Made by a program: the position numbers and the translations under genes. A stretch of 64,000 nucleotides of DNA from Mobula hypostoma (taxonomy: Eukaryota), in the NCBI RefSeq assembly GCF_963921235.1, contig NC_086097.1:228720001-228784000 (forward strand), given 5' to 3'. Within the stretch, counting starts at the first letter, position 1, and each line of letters starts with the position of its first letter. The notes beneath the pieces are model-generated. The model was not told the origin of the DNA, did not search any database, and saw nothing but the letters and a program-made list of their open reading frames with translations. Positions 50,060 to 62,260 of this stretch are shown in pieces.

Positions 50060-52832
50060 CAGGATTGCTACCTGTGCCAATAGGATGAGTTGCAATGCAA
50101 AAGGCAGGCAAAATTGAAAACGGTGAATGCAGTACTAAAGGTATTGTAAGGTATTGTATTTGAATGTGTGCAGTATAAAAGGAAGATGAACTTTGGGCAC
50201 AGTTGCAGATTGGCAGGTATAATGTAGCAGGCATCACTGAATCATTGCTGAAAGATTATAGTTGGGAGCTTAATGTCCAAGGATACACATTCTATTGAAA
50301 GGACAGACTGGAAGGCAGAGGAGGTGGTGTTGCTCTGTTGGTGAAAAATTAAATCAAATCATTAGAAAGAGGCGACATAGGGTGGGAAGGTGTTGAATCA
50401 TTGTGGATAGAGCTGAGGAACTTCAAAGATAAAAAGGCCCTGATGGAAGTTGTATACAGACCCCCAAACAGTAGTAAGGATGTGGTCTACAAATTACAAT
50501 GGCAGATAGAAAATGCATGGCAAAAGGGCAATGTTACAATATTCATGAGAGATTTCAATATGCAGGTAGATTGGGTAAATCAGGTTGGTGCTGGATTAGA
50601 GAAGGGGGAATTTCTAGAGTGCATACAAGATGGTTTTTTAGAGCAATTCATGGTTGAGCAACTAGGGGATCAACTATTCTGGATTGGGTGTTGTGCAATG
50701 AACCAAAATTGATTAGAGACCTGAAGATAAAAGAACTCTTATGGGCAAGTGATCATAATATGATCCAATTCACCTTGAAATTTGAGAAGGAGAAGCTAAA
50801 GGCAGGTGTGCTAAATCCTCCAGAAACAGAATTACAGAGGCATTAGAGAGGAGATGGTCAGAATTGGTTGGAAAAGAACACTGGCAGGGATGATGGCAGA
50901 GCAACAATGGCTGGAATTTCTGGAAGCAATTCAGACTGCACAAGATTTATACATCCCAAAGAGGAAGAAGTATTCTAAAGGAAACATGACACAACTGTGG
51001 CTAACAAGAGAAGTCAAAGCCAACATAAAAGCCACGGAGAGGGCATGTAATAGAGCAAAAATTATTGGGAAGTTAGAGGATTGGGATGCTTTTAAAAACC
51101 AACAGAAGGCAACTAAAAAGTCATTAAGAAGGTAAAGATGGAATACAAATGTAAGCTAGCAAATAATATTAAAGAGGATGCCAAAAGTTTCTTCAGATAC
51201 ATAAAGTGTAAAAAAGAGGCGAAAGTGGATATCGGACCACTGGAAAATGATAGTCACATGGACCAGATAGTGTACACCCCAGGGTTCTGAAAGAGGTAGC
51301 TGAAGAGGTTGTGGATCCATTAGTAATGATCTTTTAAGAACCACGAGTGTCTGGTATGGTTCCACAAGAGTGAAAAATTACAAATGTCACCCCACTCTTG
51401 AGGTAGGGAGAGAAGCAGAAGAAAGGAAACGATAGGCCAATTAGTCTAACCTCAGTGGTTGGGAAGATGTTGGAGTCAAATATTAAGGATGAGGTCTCAG
51501 GGTACTTGGAGGCACAAGATAAGATAGGCTATAGTCAGCATGGTTTCCTCAAGGGAAAATCTTGCCTCAAAAATCTGTTGGAATTCTTTGGAGAAATAAC
51601 AAGCAGATTAGACAAAGGAGAATCAGTTGATAATGTGTATTTGGATTTTCAGAAGGTCTTTGACAAGATGCCACACATGAAGCTGCTGAACAAGCTATGA
51701 GCCCATGGTATTACAGGAAAGATTCCAGCATGGAAAAAGCAGTGGTTGATTGGCAGGAGGCAAAGAATCGGAATAAAGGGAGTCTTTTCTGGTTGACTGC
51801 GGGTGCTATAGGTGTTCCACAGGGGTCTGTGTTGGGACTGATTCTTTTTACGTTATATGTCAAAGATTTGGATGATGGAATTGATGGCTTTGTTGCAAAG
51901 TTTGCAGACGATATGGAGATAGCTAGAGCAGCAGGTAGTTTTGAGAAAGCAGAGAGGCAATAGAATGACTTAGACAGATCTGGAGAATGGGCAAAGAAAT
52001 GGCAGATGGAATTTAGTGTTGGGAAGTACATGGTCGTACACTTTGGTAGAAGAAATGAAAGGGTTGACTATTTTTTAAATGGAGAGAAAATAAAAAAAAC
52101 TGAGGCACAAAGGGACTAGGTAGTCTTTATGTTAACCTAACCTAATGGTTAATTTGCAGGTTGAGTCAGTGGTGAAGAAGGCAAATGCAACGTTAGCATT
52201 CATTTCAAGAGGACTATAATATAAAAGCAAGGATGCAATTTTGAGACCTTATAAAGCACAGATGAGGCCTCACCTGGAGTATTGTGGGCAATTTTGGGCC
52301 CCTTATCTTAGAAAGCGTGTGCTGAAACTTGAGAGGGTTCAAAGGAGGTTCACAAAAACAATTCCAGGATAGAATGTCTTATTATACGTAAGTATGAGAG
52401 TATTTGATGGCTCTGGGCCTGTATTCACTTGAATTCGGAAGAATGAAGAGTGACCACATTGAAATTTATCAGTTGGTGAAAGGCCTCGATAGAGTGAATG
52501 TGTAGAGAATGTTTCCCATAGTAGGAGTGTCACATCTTCCGAATAGAGGAGCATCCTTTTAGAACAGATATGTTTAGGAATTTCTTTAGCCAGAGAGTGA
52601 TGAACCTATGGAATTGTTTGCCACAGGCAGCTGTGGAGGTAAAGTCCTTATGTATATTTAAGGCAGAGGTTGGTAGGTTTACTGATTGGTCGGAACATGA
52701 AAGAATATGAGGAGGAGGCAGGAGATCGGGGCTGAGAGGGAAATTGGATCAGCCATGATGAAATGGTGGAGCTGACTCGATGGGCCAAATGGCCTAATTC
52801 TGCTCCTATATCTTAAGATCCTATGGCCTTAT
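50060..52832 (+). mobile_element. CR1 LINE, most of ORF2 (APE-RT) with internal deletion, many stops
   Basis: WIELRN..VVYRPPNS..DFN (APE); QHGFLKGKSCL.NL; GVPQGSVLG..KFADD; 3' tail. Confidence 0.95.
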
Positions 52833-53059
52833 TACAATCAACTGAGCCAAAATTAGACCATGGAATTGTCCATTAAGGTAGATTTTAGCAATCTATATAA
52901 ACAAGAAATCGATGCCCTGAAAACAAAACCATGAGCTATCATTTTTTACATTTACAGCTTTGATCTTCTTTTGCCATCTGAACAGTTTAAATATGGATAA
53001 GAGACTAAGGAAGAAGGCAGCTTGTCAAGTTCTGGAAAGGTGACAACATCAGTATCTCA

Positions 53060-53195
53060 TAAACACAAGAGATTCTGCTGATGCTGGAAATCCAAAGTAA
53101 CACTCATAACATCCTTGAAGACATCAGCAGGTCAGGCAGCATCTATGGAGAGGAGTAAACAGTTGGTGTTTTGGGCCGAGACCTTCTGCCAGGAG
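53060..53195 (-). mobile_element. Penelope pLTR fragment
   Basis: AAACACAAGAGATTCTGCTGATGCTGGAAATC...GGGCCGAGACC; homologous to 5196-5330. Confidence 0.8.
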
Positions 53196-54529
53196 TTATA
53201 AATTCAGGTTACCAATGCTGGATCTAAGGGACCACTGGACTTCAGCTTGATTGAAAAAAAATGTCTTCAGTCTTATTTTCAAGATAGCTATTAAAGTGGG
53301 TGGTATTTTGATAGCTCCTTCAGACCCTCCAAGCGAAAGCAAAGGTCTACTGAGCCATTGCTCCCCAGAGCATTATACTTACCTTGGAAAACTTCATGCG
53401 CTATGTTACAGATTATAGAATAACCTCACTTCTCCATTGTCCTAATAGTACACTAGAAACCTTCATATGTCAGAATATAATCATAATGAATTGTCAAGCT
53501 GAGTCTCTGATATCTGGGGGTAAAAACGAATAGCTCAAAATAGTCAGTGAGTCAAGCAGCATCTGTGGATGCAAAGAGATGGTGTTTTAGGTTGAAACCC
53601 TGCACCATCCTGAGTTATTCCAGCAATTTGTCTTTGCTCTAGATTCCAATGTCTGCAACCTCCTCTGTCTTCACTGGGATCTGGGCTCTCTCATTTCCTC
53701 ATCCATGTTTTCCTTTTTCCTCCCTCCCTTCCAAATTTAGATCCCCTCACAGAAAATATCGGCACCCAAACAGGGGGGCACAAAGCACTCATCATTTACA
53801 TGTCAAGTATATGGAGTTCTTGGAGAAATCCATCTCAAGACATTTTATACCTTCTTTACTTCTTTCAGTTTCAAATCATTATTCAATACTGATAACCTGC
53901 TGGTATAGGAAAGCAGATTATTACATTTCTTATTTAATACCACACGGCTAAGATCTCCCAATATAACCCGAGAAGACAAGTAGAATTGCTGTACACCATT
54001 TAGATGGAGGGAAAAATCAAGCAGTCTTACTTGCTGGAAAAATCACCCTGCCTGCTCCATGCACAGTATTTAATCAAGAGTTGCCTCTGTAATATTCAGC
54101 ACTTTCTGGGGCTTCACTTCTGTAACAAGAATTTAGCTGTAATGAAACGTGCTGCTTTCAGTTTCAGGCACACGTAGTTGAGTAAACATGATGTTGAACC
54201 ACTTACATTTCAGCAAGACCATTTGTGTAACCTGTTTCTCCCCACAATAGCCCTTGTAAAATTTTCAGGCATTATTCCTTATAGCTAATGCAAAGAGTGA
54301 CAGTGTCACAGGGGACCTGTTACTGTACAAATAATGCAGAAAATCAATTACGTTGATAGATTTTGTAGTCCACAGCACTCTTCTATTCCCTGAAGCATCT
54401 GCTTTCCAATGTTATGGATGGCAAAAAGCAATTTCTTTCTTGCATTTTCACCCTTTTTAATAATTAATGGAAATAACCTGATTACTGTCTAGCATTCTAG
54501 TGATGCAAGGGCAATTTGTTCTCAATCCT

Positions 54530-54615
54530 ACATATCAGTTCCTACATTAAAACAGTGACTACACTTCAAAGGTAATTCACTGATTGTTAAATTCCTTAGG
54601 ACGTCTTCAGGTAAG
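54530..54615 (+). mobile_element. Deu-SINE 3' remnant
   Basis: TTCCTACATTAAAACAGTGACTACACTTCAAAGGTAATTCA matches the remembered SacSINE1/AmnSINE1 3' segment. Confidence 0.55.
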
Positions 54616-54770
54616 TCTTCCATCTGAAACATGAAATGAATTGCAGTTTGTTGATGAAAGGATAATTAAACAAATTTTAAAATTTATGAATTGCTTTGAG
54701 GTCTATAGAGTAAATTTGTGCTTTACTGACCTGTACTGAGTTAGCTAATCTCAGCACTACATTTGGTACT

Positions 54771-55130
54771 GGGGCAGTACCGTAGCGCAGTGGTTAGTAC
54801 AGGTGACTCCAGTTCAATTTCCACTGCTGCTTGTAAGGAGTTTGTACGTTCTGCCCGTCACCACATGGCTTTCCTCTGGGTGCTATGGTTTCCCACTATA
54901 ATCCAAAGATGTACCGGTTGGTAGATTAATTGGTCATTGTAAATTGTCCTATGGTTAGGCTAGAATTAAGCCAGGGGTTGCTGGGTGGTGTGGCTTGAAG
55001 TGTCAGAAGGGCCTGTTCTGCATGGTATCACAACTATTTATTTATTTATTTATTTGACTAGGATTAAATCGTGAGTTGCTGGACAGCTAGGCTCGAATGG
55101 TCAGAAGGGCCTATTCCATGCTGCATAGTA
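54771..55130 (+). mobile_element. V-type SINE with CR1-like tail, followed by a second copy of the tail
   Basis: A box TAGCGCAGTGG, B box AGTTCAATTTC, V-domain, (TTTA)n; tail repeated at 55056-55130. Confidence 0.85.
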
Positions 55131-55244
55131 AATTGGACGAGCAAAGAGACAAAATGTTGGCTGAAGTCTCATAATCTAGTGACCCCCAAAGTGGCAGAGT
55201 ATGCCTTACACGTGACAGGGTAGTGTTGCAATGCTACCTCACTT

Positions 55245-55427
55245 TTTTAATATATGTTATTTCTGTTTTTGCATGAATTTCAATCTATTCAATCTGCATA
55301 TACTGTAATTGTTTTTTATTTATTTATTTTTTTCTTCTTCTATATTATGTATTGCATTGAACTGCTGCTGCTAAGTTAACAAATTTCATGACACATGCCA
55401 GTGATAATAAACCCGATTCTGATTCTG
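55245..55427 (+). mobile_element. Rex1 3' tail
   Basis: AAATTTCATGACACATGCCAGTGATAATAAACCCGATTCTGATTCT. Confidence 0.8.
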
Positions 55428-55794
55428 TCTGTGGTCAAATGTTGCTCAGTATATCAGGATTGCAGTAGATAGGAAGGAAAGCATGGAAACCTTATAACTG
55501 CAGGCCCATCAGTCTGAAATCAGTTCTAGAAAGTTAATTGAATCAATCATCACAGAGTGACAAAGCAGTTAAACCTTTAACTACTGATCACAGAAAATCA
55601 TCTGGAGTTTGTGAAGATTAGGCAATGTCTGATGAATCTGAGTCAAGTCACTAGTAGGATGCACAAATGAGGATCTATGGATAATACATATACGGATTTT
55701 CAGGAGACATTTAAAAAGATACCACACAAAAATAAAAATGGACAGGATATTTGGGTAGCTGGTTGAAACGATGGGGCTTGATCAGAGTAACAGT

Positions 55795-56120
55795 CACAGA
55801 GTCATAGAATGCTTCAATACAGAAAAAGGCCCTTTGGCCCGTTTAGTCTGTACTGAACTATTATTCAACCTGTACCTAGACCATACCTGTCCATACCCCT
55901 CCCATCCATGTACTCATCCAAACTTCTCTTAAATGTTTCAATCAACCCAAATCCACCACTTCCACTGGCAGCTCGTTGAACATTCTCATGTCCCTCTGAA
56001 TGAAAAAGTTCCCCTCATGGTCCCCTTAAACATTTCGTCTTTCACTCTTAACCCATGACCTCTAGTTCTAGTCTCACCGAAAATCAGTGGAAGAAGCCCA
56101 TTTGCACTTACCCTATTCAC
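55795..56120 (-). mobile_element. CR1 3' fragment
   Basis: Reverse complement resembles 47900-48190. Confidence 0.75.
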
Positions 56121-56437
56121 CACTCATTCTTCAACACTCCAGGGAATAACGTCACCATCATCCACTTTGGATTGAGAAACGCCAAATCAGAATGTATCCT
56201 TCGTGGCACGATACCAGGAAATATAGAGAGAATTGGATGGCTGCATTCAGAGATCACTAATAGTTATGCACCCATGCAAGAAGTATCAAAAATGTTCAGC
56301 TTTATTCGATTCAGGTGGTGGTTGGGATGCCGAATTGATGGAGTGTTGACTCAGCTGCAGAGGGCCCTGTGTACATCAGAGCACTGCCCTCTGTGTCAGG
56401 AGTGATCACAGGAAAACTATACTGACCTTGACAAACG

Positions 56438-57208
56438 AACATAGAGCATAGAATAGTACAGCACAGTACAGGCCCTTCGGCCCACAATGTTGTGCCAACC
56501 ATCAAACCCTGCCTCCCATATAACCCCCCCCCACCTTAAATTCCTCCATGTATCTGTCTAGTAGTCTCTTAAACTTCATGAGTGTATCTGCGTCCACCAC
56601 TTGCTCAGGCAGTGCATTCCACGCACCAACCACTCTCTGAGTAAAAAACCTTCCTCTAATATCCCCCTTGAACTTCCCACCCCTTACCTTAAAGCCATGT
56701 CCTCTTGTATTGAGCAGTGGTGCCCTGGGGAATAGGCGCTGGCTACCCACTCTATCTATTCCTCTTATTATCTTGTACACCTCTATCATGTCTCCTCTCA
56801 TCCTCTTTCTCTCCAAAGAGTAAAGCCCGAGCTCCCTTAATCTCTGATCATACTCTCTAAACCAGGCAGCATCCTAGTAAATCTCCTCTGTACCCTTTCC
56901 AATGCTTCCACATCCTTCCTATAGTGAGGTGACCAGAACTGGACACGGTACTCCAAGTATGGCCTAACCAGAGTTTTATAGAGCTGCATCATTACCTCGC
57001 GACTCTTAAACTCTATCCCTCAACTTATGAAAGCTAACACCCCATAAGCTTTCTTAACTACCCTATCTACCTGTGAGGCAACTTTCAGGGATCTGTGGAC
57101 ATGTACCCCCAGATCCCTCTGCTCCTCCACACTAGCAAGTATCCTGCCATTTACCTTGTACTCTGCCTTGGAGTTTGTCCTTCCAAAGTGTACCACCTCA
57201 CACTTCTC
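56438..57208 (-). mobile_element. Young CR1 LINE 3' end
   Basis: ORFs 57020-57223 and 56502-56816; near-identical to 17440-18237. Confidence 0.95.
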
Positions 57209-57297
57209 TGGAAGGATATTCATAAGATAGTCATCAGAATGGCACCATTGCTTAACAGGTTAATTAAGGTATTGGGGGTAAGTTGATACACTAAGTT

Positions 57298-57546
57298 TGT
57301 TTATTTATTTATTGAGATACAACACGGAAAAGGTCCTTCCAGCCCTTTGAGTCACACCGCCCAGCAGTCCCCCAATTTAACCCTAGCCTAATCAGGGGCC
57401 AATTTACAATGACCAGCTAACCTACCAACTGTTATGTGTTTGGACTGTGGGAGGAAACCAGAGCACCCGGAGGAAACCCACGCGATCATGTGGAAAACGT
57501 ACGAGCTCCTTATAGGCAGCAGCAGGAACTGAACCCAAGTCACCTG
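57298..57546 (-). mobile_element. V-type SINE with CR1-like tail
   Basis: GGAGGAAACCAGAGCACCCGGAGGAAACCCACG; (TTTA)n end. Confidence 0.85.
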
Positions 57547-59109
57547 TAAAGAAAAAACTGTGGTTTTTAGAAAGATAAATGTTTCAACAGGAAGATTAAA
57601 AAGGGCAATTGTTATGGTGTGTACAAGATCATATGCTTTAAAATTATACGGTAGGTAGAATATTTAGGAATGAAGGTAGAAATATTTGTTTCTACACGAG
57701 ATAAAGGAAATCTGGAACTTGCTCTCTGGAAGGCTGTTAATGGCAAGTCAATTGTAGTTTTCCAGAAAGAAACTGATAAATTTTTAATTAGTCAGAAAAC
57801 CTCGCGAGCAGGATTAAGTTCAGTAAATGGAGTAGAAATGCCAGGATCCATGATCAAAATCAGCTCAGGGCTGAGTGTTCTAAATTTGTTTTGTCTCGGA
57901 TTTTCACTTTCATTTCACCTCCCCATATACTAAACTCAAGCGATAGTTGAAATTCATGTTTTTGACATTGCACAAGCACTTGTATTTCACAAAATAGAAA
58001 ATACAGCACTCAATAGATCCAGCAGCAAAACTGTGAACCATTCATCAGGGGAGCATCGTTTTTATCATTTCAGATTTCTAGCTCCTACAATATTTTAGAT
58101 TTTCATTAGCACTTAATAATTGTTAAAAAACTTAATTCACTAATTTGTTGTATCAACATTATCAGCAGATAAGATTGTAGTCTATACTTTCTGGCAATTA
58201 TGATCCAATAAGCATTTAGGTAAATTTATCAATCTAACAAGTACAGCAAAAAGTTTTGTTGGACCTTTAGCCTGAGTATACATTTCAAAGAAGCAGAGAA
58301 GCAATGAACATGGGAAAGACACCAGCACTAATTCTCAAGAGATTTACAGATATATCACGTGCTCATTAAAAGGCTGGCAAACAGTGAACACAGCTCTCAG
58401 TGGATCAGACACAATCAAGACATTACCAGAGAGCAGTCACATCTCACACCGTAACTCGGGCTGATCTGAAGACATATGATGCTGAAGCAGACAGTCTGCC
58501 ATTGGCATTAAATTGTTAAGATGAGATGTGCCAAGAATCAGAGATCTTTATTCTGCTTGGCCATATGTTTTGGCTGTTGGCACAAGGTGCCCAAATTTCA
58601 AGTTTTAATTACCTAACACTGTTATTGCTCTCTTTGTGAACAAGAATTGACAAACAGTTTAATTGAACTCTGAAGGAGTGGTGAATTCAAACCGTTCTCA
58701 ATCAGAGCAGGTATTATCTAAATCAATTATTTCTCACAGTCAAAGTAAACTTATTATCAAAGTGTGATAAATACTCACTTTCCAGGGCACAAGAGGCTTA
58801 TTGCTAACCTCAGCTTTCTATGACAACAGCACGAGCTTTCCAAATGGTCTGAGTTGTTTGTGACGAAGTTGAACTTCTAACAAATATTCCTTGCTCATCT
58901 TCCTTATAAACATGAACTAGTCTTCAGTTCTTAATGTAAATTGAAAGCAGTAATCATTTTTGAAGTTAAAATGACACCTAGGCTGGCTGCTGAGGGATGT
59001 GGTTTGCAAATTGGAATGACCATGGGACTTCTTGTCTGAATTAATCAAATGCAAGACAATGGATCAATGTTCATTTGGCCTACATTAAACCAGGCAACTA
59101 CAGGTAAGT

Positions 59110-59355
59110 TATTTATTTATTTATTGGGATACAGCACGGAGTATGCTCTTCTAGCCCTTCAAGCTCAATTTAACCCTACCCTAATCACAGGACAATTTAT
59201 AATGACCTGTTAACTTATCAACTGGTACATCTTTGGAATGTGGAAGGAAACCCACGCAGTCATGGGGAGAACATATAAACTCCTTACAGATGGGAATTGA
59301 ACCCGGGTCTTTGGTACTGTAAAGCATTGTGCTAACCACTATGTTATCTGCACCA
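59110..59355 (-). mobile_element. V-type SINE with CR1-like tail
   Basis: B-box reverse complement GGAATTGAACCC; V-domain; (TTTA)n end. Confidence 0.85.
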
Positions 59356-60271
59356 TTGTCCCCAGAAACATTTAGACCATCTGTATGAATTACTTTGTCC
59401 CAGCAAAGGTTTCTGGAAAACATCACATGCAGGTGATGTGAAACTGTATAAATGTTAGACAATGCTGGGAATGGTTAGGAATGACAAGGAGAATGACAGA
59501 AAAAACTAGAATTCATTCCTCAGCCTTCAGTTTCTGCAACAGACAACTCGTTCATCTGCAACGCATTGGTACATTCTTTTAGTTCATACAAATTGCACGT
59601 GCGTTTGGAAAGTCTGTGTAGTTTGTAGATCTCTTGTAATTTGAAAACCTTTTATAAATCAGAAATCCTCTGTATTAAATGTGTGTTAAGAACTATTTGT
59701 CTAAAATGAAATGTGTATTATCGACAAAGCAAAGATGGCTGAATCTGTATCAGATATTACCAGTGTAGAGGAAGCTGCACAGGAGCACAGGCTGCATAGA
59801 TGATACTGACACAGAATTTCACCAATTATCCGTGAGGCAATTGTCATTTGTATGATAGACAACACAGCTAGTATTCTGCCAGTGGGTGAGTGTTCCCTCT
59901 GCATTTATTTCCTCTATCGTCTTTCACAAATGACCTGTATAGACAGAACAATAAATTATACACAGCTAAATGAAAGTTAATAAAAGCCAAGAATATATTT
60001 CAAATAAAAAACATAAAGGATCACCATAATTACTGCTGCAAAATCCTTCTTTTTAGATCCAAATGAACAGAATAAATATTACTTTACCTTCTTCATTTAT
60101 GATTCTGAAGTGTTCCTGCAATAAGTTTATAGTTTATAGTTCTTCCTGTTGGCACATGGGTTTCTTCTCAGTGCTCTGATTTCCTCCAACATTCTAAAGA
60201 CGTACCAGTCAGTAGGTTAATTGGTCATTGTAAATTTTCCTGTGATTAGATATCAAGCAGTGGTAAATCAA

Positions 60272-60560
60272 GGCAACTGGACTTGTTGTGTTGACTAGAA
60301 GAAATTTTGCCACTCATCTGAGAAGCTTCCTCAGTTCTGATTCATTATGAGTAGTTTGCCGGCTTATAAACTCGGTGAGTTATCCAAAACTAAAGCTATC
60401 ACATGTGGGTTGTTGAGAGTCATAAAGGTAATGAGAAGATCATTAGTTTTAGTTTTGCATGAATGGAGTTGTGAACTGTTGTGGAGACTCATAAAGGTAA
60501 TGAGAAGATCATTAGTTTTATCTTTGCATGAATGGAGTTGTGAACTGTTCTGGAGGTGAT
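60272..60560 (-). mobile_element. Second Penelope-like lineage pLTR fragment with hammerhead remnant
   Basis: Minus strand AGAA-CTGAGGA-AGCTTCTCAGATGAGTGGC-AAAAT-TTC-TTCT followed by AGTCCAGTTG. Confidence 0.55.
60420..60555 (+). repeat. 69-bp tandem duplication
   Basis: CATAAAGGTAATGAGAAGATCATTAG at 60421 and 60490. Confidence 0.95.
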
Positions 60561-60569
60561 GGGGTAGAG

Positions 60570-61080
60570 ATAAGACCATAAGACCGTAAGATGTAGGAAC
60601 AGAATTAGGCCATCTGGCACAGAGAGTCTGCTCCGCCATTCAATCATGGCTGATCCTTATTTTTTTTCCTCCTGAACCCCAGTTCCTGGCCTTCTCGCCA
60701 TAACCTTTGATGCCATGTCCAATCAAGAACCTATCAATCTCTGCCTTAAATACACCCAACGACCTGGCCTCCACAGCTGCATGTGGTAACAAATTCCACA
60801 AATTCACCACCCTTTGGCTAAAGAAATTTCTCCACATCACTGTTTTAAAAGGGAGCCCCTCTATCCTGAGGTTGTGCCCTCTTGTCCTAGACTCTCCCAC
60901 CATGGGAAACGTCCTTTCCACATCTACTCTGTCTAGGCCTTTCAAAATTCCAAAGGTTTCAATGAGATCCCCCCTCATCCTTCTGAATTCCAGCGAGTAC
61001 AGACCCAGAGCCATCAAATGTTCCTCGTATGATAACCCTTTCATTCCTGGAATCATCCTTGTGAACCTCCTCTGGATCCT
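60570..61080 (-). mobile_element. CR1 3' end
   Basis: ORF 60640-61086 RIQRRFTRMIPG..RGDLIETF..NFFSQRVVNLWN; tail (TGGTCTTA)n. Confidence 0.95.
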
Positions 61081-61420
61081 AATCACTCCCTGCTGAGTAT
61101 TGATTAGCAGAGCTCAGCATTTGAGGAAGCTGTAAATGGGTTGCTTGGTCCCCACTTGGCTGTAACTTTTGTTAATTATTGATCAACAAGTGCTCAGCCA
61201 AATGAAAGCATACTTCCCTCATCTGCTTCACCTCAGAAGGAGAAACCGACGATGCTAATTGTACTGATCAGAGTGTCAGAGACTGTGGACACTGAAAGCA
61301 CACATTCACAACTCCAGCTATGAACAAGAAAGCTAAACTGGAAATGAAAAAAAAAGCAGAGACATGATTGTGGTGCCAGATGACCATTATAAGGAAATTC
61401 AGTAATATACCTTTCAAATA

Positions 61421-61753
61421 GTGGCACGGTAGCATAGCAGTTAGTGTTATGTTTTACAGTACAGCTGTAAGATTGAGGTTCAATTCCTGCCGTTGTCTTG
61501 AAGGAGAATGTATGTTCTCCCCGTGACCATGTGGGTTTTCTCCAGGTGCCTTGGTTTCCTCCCACATTCCAAAACACAAGGGGTATGGTTAGTGAGTTGT
61601 GCTCACGCCACGTTAGCACCAAAAACATGTTAACACTTGCGGGCTGCCCCCAGCTCATCCTCGGGCCTTTTCGGTTGTGATGCAAGCAACGCATTTCACT
61701 GTACAGGTATGTCTCGATGTTTCGATGTACACATGACAAATAAAGGTAATCTT
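61421..61753 (+). mobile_element. V-type SINE with Y tail
   Basis: A box TAGCATAGCAG, B box GGTTCAATTCC, V-domain, then ACACTTGCGGGCTGCCCCCAGC...CATTTCACTGTA...GACAAATAAAG. Confidence 0.85.
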
Positions 61754-61779
61754 GAAAGAAAAAAGATAAGCAAATTTGC

Positions 61780-62260
61780 ATTCTGGTAATAATATTGGTG
61801 TAGCCACAGATGAGCTGAAGGAGTAGTGAACATTCATCTCTGAGATACACAGTGAGCCCCAGACCAAAGATCAAAGGCAAGGAGTGACTCACCACCTGAA
61901 ACCTCGGAGCCTTTCCACCGTATAGAGGTCGCAAATCAGGAGTGTGAGTGCAGCTCCAAGAACTCTCAAGAAGCTCAAACAGTGTCCAGAACAAAGCAAG
62001 CCAGCTGATAAACCATCCACCACTCTAAGTGTTAATTCCTTCCACCTCTAGGACATAGTGATACAAAACAAAATCCATTTATTCATCTAAACTAATCCAA
62101 CATCTACTGCCAAAACTTATGCATCTACCACCAAGAAGGACAAGGGTAGCAAGTGCTTGGAAGCACCACCACTCATATATTCCCCTCCATGCCACACCCC
62201 ATTCTGACTTGGAAATATTTCAGTTGCCCTTCCAACTTAAGTAACATCCTAGCTACCTGC
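61780..62260 (+). mobile_element. Ancient CR1/L2-group LINE 3' remnant
   Basis: CTCAAGAAGCTC...CCAGAACAAAGCA; ACCAAGAAGGACAAGGGTAGCA; CTGACTTGGAAATAT. A related inverted piece lies at 63125-63360. Confidence 0.55.

Noticed and set aside
53381..53470. Strong minus-strand donor AAG|GTAAGT
   Set aside because: No convincing acceptor or open reading frame upstream.
60347..60639. ORFs with a 23-aa repeat; possible CRISPR-like array
   Set aside because: A simple 69-bp dimer with no spacers, in eukaryotic DNA.
61233..61994. 253-aa minus-strand ORF
   Set aside because: It runs antisense through a SINE and an ancient LINE remnant, has no domain motifs, and is a chance open frame.
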